Shown here: positions 25,909-33,500 of the stretch, one piece after another
How the letters are laid out: each line of letters begins with the position of its first letter
Position numbering within the stretch: the first letter of the stretch is position 1
Program-made: the position numbers and the translations under genes
Source: Alphaproteobacteria bacterium
Lineage (GTDB): Bacteria; Pseudomonadota; Alphaproteobacteria; Rickettsiales; SXRF01
Assembly: GCA_046344715.1 (NCBI GenBank)
Contig: JBKDKX010000016.1
Coordinates: forward strand, 74,202 to 138,201
Reading direction: 5' to 3'
DNA: 64,000 nucleotides
Notes under the pieces: model-generated
What the model saw: only the letters and a program-made list of their open reading frames with translations
What the model was told of the DNA's origin: nothing
Databases searched by the model: none

Positions 25909-27648
25909 ATGTCATTAGAGAATATCAAGAAATCCATTTGTAATTTCCTGCGTTCAGACGACACGGGAATTCTACTTATTCGTGGCAAATGGGGGGTAGG
26001 AAAAACACATCTTTGGAATGAAGCTCTCAAGGAGTGCGGGGCGGATATAAAAATACCAATATGCTACCAATCACTGTTTGGTATTACCTCGCTGCATGAG
26101 GTTAAGTTTGGGCTGGCAACTCAACTGCTATTGGCTGAAGAAAGATGGGAACCCAAGACTTCCAAACTGGGCAAATATAGCGACACTGCAAAGAGTGCCC
26201 TCAGGTGGACGCGAAAAGGAACCGGAAAGTTTGGTGGTGCAGTTGAGGCACTAATGCCTGCTATGCAGAAAGCCCTCGCTCTTTCCGCGTTTAATGCACT
26301 CGATTCTGCTGTTATTTGCTTCGACGATTTGGAAAGAAAGAATCCATCTCTAACGATGAATGAATTACTAGGATTAGCAACGCTTCTACGGGATGAGAAG
26401 CAATGCAAAGTGGTATTCATCTTGAATACGGATATGCTTGATGAAAAAGATAGGGACGATTTGCAACGCTATAAAGAAAAGATTGTAGATATTGACTTGC
26501 TCTTAGAACCCAGTCCTGAAGAATGTATCCATATCGCCGCGCCTGAACTTCAGGAGGAAGAGAATGCAGTAATTCGAGCGTCTATACAGAAGCTGAATAT
26601 TAGCAATATCCGAATAATCAGGCGCATACTCAGGCAGTGGCGGGAGCTGAAAGCTCACCTACCATCATCCCATTTTCATCAAACCACAATTAACTCTGCT
26701 GCTTCTAGCTTATGCCTTTTCTCATGGGCTTATTATGGCACTGCTGAAAATAAGCCAGATGTAGAGTTTCTTAAGAAATATCAGGTGTGGAATGATAAAG
26801 AGAATGCCGATGCACAAGTGCAGATATGGCGCAAACTATTAGAAGATTACGGATACCAGTCTACTGATGAACTTGACCTTGAGATTGAGTCATTTGTTCG
26901 TACTGGCTTTATAAATGATAATCTATTTACTAAAGCTGATGCCCTGAATCAGGGAGTTGCAAGGTCTGCACTGGAATCCGAATTCTCAAAAGCCTGGGAC
27001 ATCTATCACGATTCCTTCCAAGATGACGTTCAATTAGTATTGGATACGTTATTTGAGGCATTTAAAAGATGTGTCATAGGGATAAGCCCCGGCAATCTTA
27101 ATGGAGTGGTGCGGTTATTTAAAGAACTTAGTGACCCTCAACGTGCTCAGCAAATGATTGACTACTACATGGAACAGCGGGGGGATGAGCTTGAGCTATT
27201 TGATATGAACGAGCGTTCTATTTCCTTCTTTGAGGAACCACAGCCTGAGGTTCTAGCGGCCTTTGAAAACCATAGGCTACGATTAGAGCAATCGGATACT
27301 AGTACCCTTGAGTCTTTAATTGATGAGTTAGTAAAAGAGCGTTCATTACGTTCATTTAAGGAACGGCGTTTGATAAGTGCAACTGTGGATGAATATTATG
27401 CTTACTTTAAATCCCTATCTATGGGGGCATACAAGGCTGTCCGTGCCTGTCTACAGTATGCACCGTATAACGATGATAAGAAGATAATCGCCGTGAATGC
27501 AGCTAAAGCTCTTGAAAGAATATCGGCAGAAAGTGCATTGCAAGCAAGGCGTGTGGCTCAGAAATTAGGAAGAAATCATTCGCTTCTGCAAAATACGGAA
27601 ACGCAAGATGGTGATGAAGAATCATTGGAAGCCGAAGTAGAGGTCTAA
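25909..27648 (+). CDS. KAP-like P-loop NTPase (579 aa)
   Basis: Walker A GKWGVGKT (aa 26-33), Walker B VICFDDLER (aa 135-143), then VVFILNTD and NIRIIRRI segments as in KAP-family NTPases. The helical C-terminal half of about 350 aa is unassigned. Confidence 0.65.
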   Translation: MSLENIKKSICNFLRSDDTGILLIRGKWGVGKTHLWNEALKECGADIKIPICYQSLFGITSLHEVKFGLATQLLLAEERWEPKTSKLGKYSDTAKSALRWTRKGTGKFGGAVEALMPAMQKALALSAFNALDSAVICFDDLERKNPSLTMNELLGLATLLRDEKQCKVVFILNTDMLDEKDRDDLQRYKEKIVDIDLLLEPSPEECIHIAAPELQEEENAVIRASIQKLNISNIRIIRRILRQWRELKAHLPSSHFHQTTINSAASSLCLFSWAYYGTAENKPDVEFLKKYQVWNDKENADAQVQIWRKLLEDYGYQSTDELDLEIESFVRTGFINDNLFTKADALNQGVARSALESEFSKAWDIYHDSFQDDVQLVLDTLFEAFKRCVIGISPGNLNGVVRLFKELSDPQRAQQMIDYYMEQRGDELELFDMNERSISFFEEPQPEVLAAFENHRLRLEQSDTSTLESLIDELVKERSLRSFKERRLISATVDEYYAYFKSLSMGAYKAVRACLQYAPYNDDKKIIAVNAAKALERISAESALQARRVAQKLGRNHSLLQNTETQDGDEESLEAEVEV

Positions 27649-27836
27649 CCAGAAATTCGACATAGTTTTCCGTGAGGGCATATACATATAAGATGGCACG
27701 GAATGTCCCCCGTAGGGCAGGTCTCCTAGAAATGGCCGTAGAAGGGGTATAATCCATTTGCATGAGCTTGGGTTATATCTAGTAGCAATCGCTGTTGTAC
27801 GGGCTTCTTATTGCGTCACAAGGTTATTGACTTTAG

Positions 27837-27868
27837 GTGTGACATAGTGTGACATAAAGGTGCGACAT
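27837..27868 (+). repeat. three GTG(T/C)GACAT motifs (putative arm-type sites) at the attR side
   Basis: GTGTGACAT at 27837-27845 and 27847-27855, GTGCGACAT at 27860-27868. Same orientation as the attL-side copies. Confidence 0.6.
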
Positions 27869-27927
27869 AGAACTAGTCACGTCTTCTGAAAGCCTCAGGT
27901 TTTCTGGTGATTATGATGATTGGTGGA

Positions 27928-27948
27928 GATTCCTGTCGCCTCCACCAT
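27928..27948 (+). repeat. attR core (direct repeat copy 2, displaced tRNA-Ala 3' end fragment)
   Basis: Identical 21-mer to 19953-19973. Confidence 0.85.
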
Positions 27949-27955
27949 AACAAAT

Positions 27956-27980
27956 AAGCCGCTCTTAGCGGCTTTTTTGT
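27956..27980 (+). terminator. Rho-independent terminator (probably the native tRNA-Ala terminator displaced by the island)
   Basis: aagccgc-tctta-gcggctt followed by tttttgtt, starting 8 nt after the attR copy. Confidence 0.75.
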
Positions 27981-28114
27981 TATGGTATAAGGGATTAATC
28001 GAACCCCTGGGTTCGAAATTTTTTCAGCAAGAAAAAATTGACGGCGAAGCCGCCCGTAGGGTGCGAAGCCAGCAGGCGAGCATCAATCCTGTAGCGGTGT
28101 TAAAGATAAATAGT

Positions 28115-28996
28115 TCATTGACTGTTAACGTGATTGTTTAAAATGGTAGCAGAAGTTTGCTCTGAGGATTTAGCCGCATAGTAAGCCTGAACAATAGCCG
28201 CAAAAGCGATGATAAAGGTAAGAATACCTATGAGCCATTGAGTTCTTATGGCATCTGTATGACGACGCTTGCTTTCATGGAAATCTCCAAGTGTTTGGAT
28301 TGCGCGAGGATCGAGCGTGTAGCCAATGCCATCCCTCACAAGATCACCAGAAGCCACGAATGCATCCAAAAACAAATCCAGCCTTCGCTTTGCTTTTTGC
28401 GAATGTGGGTGATAAATCCATTTCGATGATCGAAGTTCTGTCATAAGTTGGAATGCGCTGAAGGTTGGCTTCGTATTATTTGAAGTGGGGGATGTTATGG
28501 AGCCTTCAGAGCCTAAGTGTCTTTCGATGATAAATTCAAGCAAGCCCATCCGGTCGCGGATTACCCATAGCGGTTTTTGGTTGAAAAACCATTGCGAGAG
28601 ATTCTTCCAAAAAATCCTACAGTATACTTCAATCTGTACCCAACGCATCTTATAGTCTCGGACTAGGCGGTGGACGTCCGTGTAGTCTTCCCAATATGTC
28701 TTGTAGAAATATTTTACATGGAGGGGGTATTGGAGGGCATCGGATAATGCGACTGTCGTGCTTATTGTAAAAGCACTGTTTCCATCAGGAGTATAAACAT
28801 CAAGCATGCGTGTGTTTGGATTATAGTCCTCTACCAAATATTGATTACCAAAATGGATGCTATAGTAATCATTCAATTGTGCTGTTTCTCCCGTTAAAGA
28901 AATGCGGGAGGGAGCCTTCTTGATGAGTAACTTGGGGAGTAACTCGTGCAGAACGTGTTCCGGAGATGATTTTCTAAATAGATTCATGCTCAACAT
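28115..28996 (-). CDS. hypothetical protein with C-terminal TM anchor (293 aa)
   Basis: ORF with the single hydrophobic helix WLIGILTFIIAFAAIVQAYYAA near the C-terminus. No recognisable motif. AT-richer than the neighbouring tpm. Confidence 0.55.
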   Translation of the reverse strand: MLSMNLFRKSSPEHVLHELLPKLLIKKAPSRISLTGETAQLNDYYSIHFGNQYLVEDYNPNTRMLDVYTPDGNSAFTISTTVALSDALQYPLHVKYFYKTYWEDYTDVHRLVRDYKMRWVQIEVYCRIFWKNLSQWFFNQKPLWVIRDRMGLLEFIIERHLGSEGSITSPTSNNTKPTFSAFQLMTELRSSKWIYHPHSQKAKRRLDLFLDAFVASGDLVRDGIGYTLDPRAIQTLGDFHESKRRHTDAIRTQWLIGILTFIIAFAAIVQAYYAAKSSEQTSATILNNHVNSQ

Positions 28997-29041
28997 TATA
29001 GATCGGAAAAGAAAAAAACCAACATATTGCTGAAAATAGAA

Positions 29042-29206
29042 TCAAGCCAGCAATGCCAGCGGTTCAAACTTGAAGCTCTTTCCATCCAGTCGAGGCGTGT
29101 TTTCAAAAACGCGCCCCATATCGTTCAAAGCATCTATAAAACTTACTGCTCCCTCTCCACTGTGGACCGCCATTAAAGCAGCCGCCTTTCCGGCGGTTTT
29201 TTTCAT
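29042..29206 (-). CDS. small hypothetical protein (54 aa) translationally coupled to tpm
   Basis: The ATG at 29206 overlaps the tpm stop (ATGA). Sequence MKKTAGKAAALMAVHSGEGAVSFIDALNDMG... has no known motif. Confidence 0.35.
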   Translation of the reverse strand: MKKTAGKAAALMAVHSGEGAVSFIDALNDMGRVFENTPRLDGKSFKFEPLALLA

Positions 29207-29847
29207 GCTTTCTTCCTCCCCAGCCACCAAACACTCTCCTTCGCGGGGCTTAGGCCTTTCAGGCCGCCGGCGACGTCTAAAGTTTCGAGTGGTGTGATGG
29301 TGTAGTGCGCGCGGTAATGCAGCTGCACTTCCTCAGTGCTCACCGAAAATGGCGGGCCGGGTTGCGTCGATTGATCATATTCATAACAAATAAGCAGCTG
29401 CGGTGCTTTGTGTGTGATGGTCATCAGGTGCGCCACATATTGCGCGCGCATGGCATCCGGCAGGGCGACCAGCGCGGCGCGGTCATATACCGCATCCACA
29501 TGCCCCAGCGTGGCGGCATCCAGCGCAAAAATATCACCCACGAATATATCAATATTTTCTGCGCTGTAATGTTCCAGTGTGCCCACATCGGTGATGGTGG
29601 GCGTAACGCCAAGCTCTGCAAATAATTGCTCGATAGCGAGAGGAATGAGTTCCGCGCCAACAACGCGAAAGCCCTGCGCTAGCAGCCACGCAATATCCAG
29701 CGTCTTGCCACACAGCGGCACGAATACGCGCTGGCCTTCCTTCAGCGACAGCGCGCTGAAATGTTTCAGCAGCAGCGGGTTCGCATTTTTTTCGTGAAAA
29801 GCAATTTCGTTTTTGTGCCAGCGGCGTTGCCAGAAGCCTGCGTCCAT
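29203..29847 (-). CDS. tpm: thiopurine S-methyltransferase family protein
   Basis: FWQRRWHKNEIAFHE and VPLCGKTLDIAWL motifs typical of bacterial TPMT; 214 aa. Confidence 0.85.
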   Translation of the reverse strand: MDAGFWQRRWHKNEIAFHEKNANPLLLKHFSALSLKEGQRVFVPLCGKTLDIAWLLAQGFRVVGAELIPLAIEQLFAELGVTPTITDVGTLEHYSAENIDIFVGDIFALDAATLGHVDAVYDRAALVALPDAMRAQYVAHLMTITHKAPQLLICYEYDQSTQPGPPFSVSTEEVQLHYRAHYTITPLETLDVAGGLKGLSPAKESVWWLGRKKA

Positions 29848-29949
29848 AAAATTCTCCCTGATTATTTTTTAGTTCTGTTGCGCGGGTGGCACAAGCGCAA
29901 CTTCATAACCTCATTGCTTCCTTATCTCACATCGCGTACAAGGCTCGGC

Positions 29950-30273
29950 ATGATATTTTCATGTAGAAATTTTTGTGTGCTGGTGGTGGTGTGTATGCTT
30001 GCTGCCTGTGATGGATTGCATCCATCGGAAGAAATTGTGGGCGAGGGTAGCATTGCTGCGCTGAATGAAGAGCAATTGCTCATTCAGGAAAAATCCAGCG
30101 TGGTAACGCTGGATATGAAAGGTGCGACGGGACAATCGCTGGCGGCGCGATATAAAGCCGGGCAGGGTGTGAAGCTGGTTGGCACTAAATCAATCGATGA
30201 ATTTGGCGAAATGCGCGAAACCATCAAAGCCATCGAATTTGAGGACGGTAAGCGCCTTTACGTTTCCCGGTAG
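29950..30273 (+). CDS. small lipoprotein (107 aa)
   Basis: Start trimmed to the ATG at 29950, because the track ORF overlaps tpm. Lipobox MLAAC. Confidence 0.5.
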   Translation: MIFSCRNFCVLVVVCMLAACDGLHPSEEIVGEGSIAALNEEQLLIQEKSSVVTLDMKGATGQSLAARYKAGQGVKLVGTKSIDEFGEMRETIKAIEFEDGKRLYVSR

Positions 30274-30582
30274 CCGTAAATCAGCAAAAATGCCCAATTT
30301 TTAGAGATTTTGCTGTAATTGGGATGTTTTTACGCATTTTTATATATTAAATGATTAACATTTATAGTTAAAAATGGTGCGGATAATGGCTTATTCAGGC
30401 ACATTATATGCATAAAATACATATAAAATTCAATATATTATAATAAACAGTTAAAGTATATTAGATATATTTATGTCAATCAATGGCTTGTCATTTGTTA
30501 ATTTACTAAAATGCAACCAATTATTAAATAGTAAATAACTCTCTCGGCATATAATAGAAGGCATAACAAATAAGGTTTTGCC

Positions 30583-33500
30583 TTGAAATTATACGCCACA
30601 ACACAAAAACAATGCCTGAATTTAGCGCGTAGGCTAATAGCCTGGCTCGTGTGCTGCGCATTGGTTGTGCAGCCGACGCTGGTATACGCGCTGCCTACGG
30701 GTGGCACTGTGGTTGGTGGTGATGCGAGTATTGTCGCCGGTGATTCATCCCTGACTGTAAACCAAACAACGCAGCGCGCACTCATCAACTGGACGGGTTT
30801 TGACATTGGTGGCGCGGAATCGGTGCAATTTAACCAGCCTGGTGCGTCATCGATCACGCTTAACCGTGTAAATAGTGCCAGTGCATCGCAAATTAATGGC
30901 TCGCTTTCTTCAAATGGTCAGGTGTGGATTGTAAACCAGAATGGCGTGATGTTCGGGCAGGGCGCGCAGGTGAATGTGGGCGGCTTGCTGGCTACCACCG
31001 CAAATATTTCCGACAGTAATTTCATGAACGGCAACTATGTTTTTGATGTTGCTGGTAATCATGCCGCATCTATCGTGAATGATGGCAGTATCACGGTGGC
31101 AGATGCCGGGTTTGCAGCATTGGTTGCTCCGGTGGTGCGCAATAATGGCGTGATTCAGGCGAAGCTCGGCACGGTGAATTTATCATCAGGCGATACGTTC
31201 GCGGTGGATTTGTATGGTGATGGTTTGATAAACCTCGAAGCAAGCGCGGCACTGCAACAGCAGCTGATTTCAAACAGTGGGCTTATTGAAGCTAATGGCG
31301 GATCTGTATTCCTTACAGCAGCTGCAGCTGGTGACATGGTGGATAGCCTCATCAATATGGATGGTATTATTCGCGCAAATAGTATCGGCGAGAAAAATGG
31401 CTCAATTGTTTTATATGCGGAAGGTAGCAATGCCGTTGCTGGGAATGTTGCAGCGGATAAAGGCCAGAAACAAGGCATAAGCACCGTGCTGGTAAGCGGT
31501 ACAATCGAAGCAAAAGGCAATGCAGCTGGTGAGCATGGCGGTAATGTAGATGTACTTGGCGATCATGTTGGGTTAATGAGCGGCGCATCACTTGATGCAA
31601 GCGGAATGAATGGCGGTGGTAAAATTCGCATTGGTGGTGATTATTTCGGGGGTGGCGACACACCGACCGCACTTAAAACCTTAGTGCAGCGCAATACAAC
31701 CATCAAAGCCAACGCGATCGAATCCGGCGATGGCGGGCGCATTACCCTATGGTCAGATGATACCACATGGTTTGGCGGCGCAATTGAAGCCAAAGGCGGT
31801 GCATTTTCCGGCAATGGTGGTTTTGTTGAAGTATCCGGCAAAGAATATCTTACATTCCGCGGCACAGTAGATACACGCGCGGAAAATGGTGCAACGGGTT
31901 TGTTGCTGCTTGATCCAGCAGACATCGTGATTGCTGATGGTACGGCGGATAGCGCAGCGGATGGCAGCAATACGTTTTCAGGCGATCCATCTGGCACAGT
32001 AGGCACAATACTAAGTGGCGATACAGGACCCGCTACCATTTATGAATCTGAGTTGGAAGGCATTGCTGCAAGCACCAATATTTCTCTGGCTTCCACCAAC
32101 AGCATCACCATCAATAATCTCACCGATAACAATCTGAATCTCGCGCAGACGGGCGGCAACTCCGTTACCTTCACCACGGGCGCAGGTGGCTTCAATATGA
32201 ATTCCGGTGATGCCATCACTACCGCCGGTGGTGCAATCAACATCGTCACCACCGGTGGCACCAGCACGATTGGTAGTCTTGCAGCTGGTGGTGGCCTTAT
32301 CACACTTAATATGGGCGGCACAATAACCGTTTCCGGTGTAATCAGCGGTACAGGCACAGGACTTACCAAAACCGGTTCAGGGACACTCGCTCTTAATAAT
32401 GCAAATACCTATGATGGCACCACCACACTCACGGCTGGTACAATTGCAGTGGGTAATAACTCTGCACTCGGTACAGGTACGCTTTCACTCAATGGCGGTA
32501 CGCTGCAGGGTGATGGCACAGCGCGTACATTGGCGAATAACATAACACTGTCAGCAAACAGCACCATCGGTGGTAGTTCTGCGCTACAATTTGATGGTAC
32601 GTTTGGGAATCTATCAGGTAACCGTACGCTCACCGTGAGCAACTCTGCCAATACCACCTTTGATGACATTAATATTTCCAGCAGTGCGACAGACCGTGAA
32701 TTGTTTATTGATGGTGCAGGTAATATGATTGTGAATGGCGTGATTGCCAATGGTGGTGGTTCCAGCGGAAGTGTTTTGACACACTTAGGTTCTGGGATGC
32801 TTGCGCTTAATGGTGCGAACACTTTTGGTCGTTATTCGCAGTTTAATAATGGTATCACGCAGATAGGTAATGACAGTGCGCTTGGCAGCGGCAGCGTATG
32901 GCTGGCAGGTGGCACGTGGCGTGGTGATGGCACAACACGCACAATTTCCAATAATTTATCATTATTTGATAGTATAACGATTGCTGGCAGCTCAGACCTT
33001 GTTTTTAATGGCAATCTTAACAGCGGTGACCTTTCGATTACTAATAACAATAGCGGTCTCACTACATTTGCTAACATCAACCTTTCTGATGGCGCGACTG
33101 ACCGTACACTGACAATTACCGGTACAGGTAATACAGTAATAAGCGGTGTAATCGCCAACGGTAGCACATCAACTGCCAGCGGTATAACTAAGGCTGGTTC
33201 AGGTACTCTTACGCTGGATGGCAGTAATACTTATGGCGGTATTACGACGCTTACTGCCGGTACAATCGAAGTTGGTCACAATAACGCACTCGGCACCGGC
33301 GCACTTTCACTCAATGGTGGCACACTGCGCGGTGATGGCACAGCGCGTACATTGACGAATAACGTAACGCTTGCTGCAGACAGCACCATCGGTGGATCAT
33401 CAGCACTTCAGTTCGATGGTACGCTTGGGAATATCACCGGTACACGGTATTTGGATGTAAGCAACAGTGCGACCACGACATTCGGTAACATAAACGTATC

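Larger units (their letters stand above)
19953..27948 (+). mobile_element. tRNA-Ala-integrated genomic island (about 8 kb) with tyrosine integrase
   Basis: Perfect 21-bp direct repeat gattcctgtcgcctccaccat at 19953-19973 (tRNA 3' end) and at 27928-27948. The integrase gene lies just inside the left end, repeated arm-like motifs occur at both ends, and the cargo is AT-richer than the flanks. Confidence 0.85.

Noticed and set aside
27990-28050. tRNA-like fragment (cgaacccctgggttcgaaa, which resembles a T-arm) just outside attR, as a possible second att remnant
   Set aside because: I could not fold it into a T-arm with a 7-nt loop plus an acceptor strand on either strand. It is just a 6-bp hairpin.
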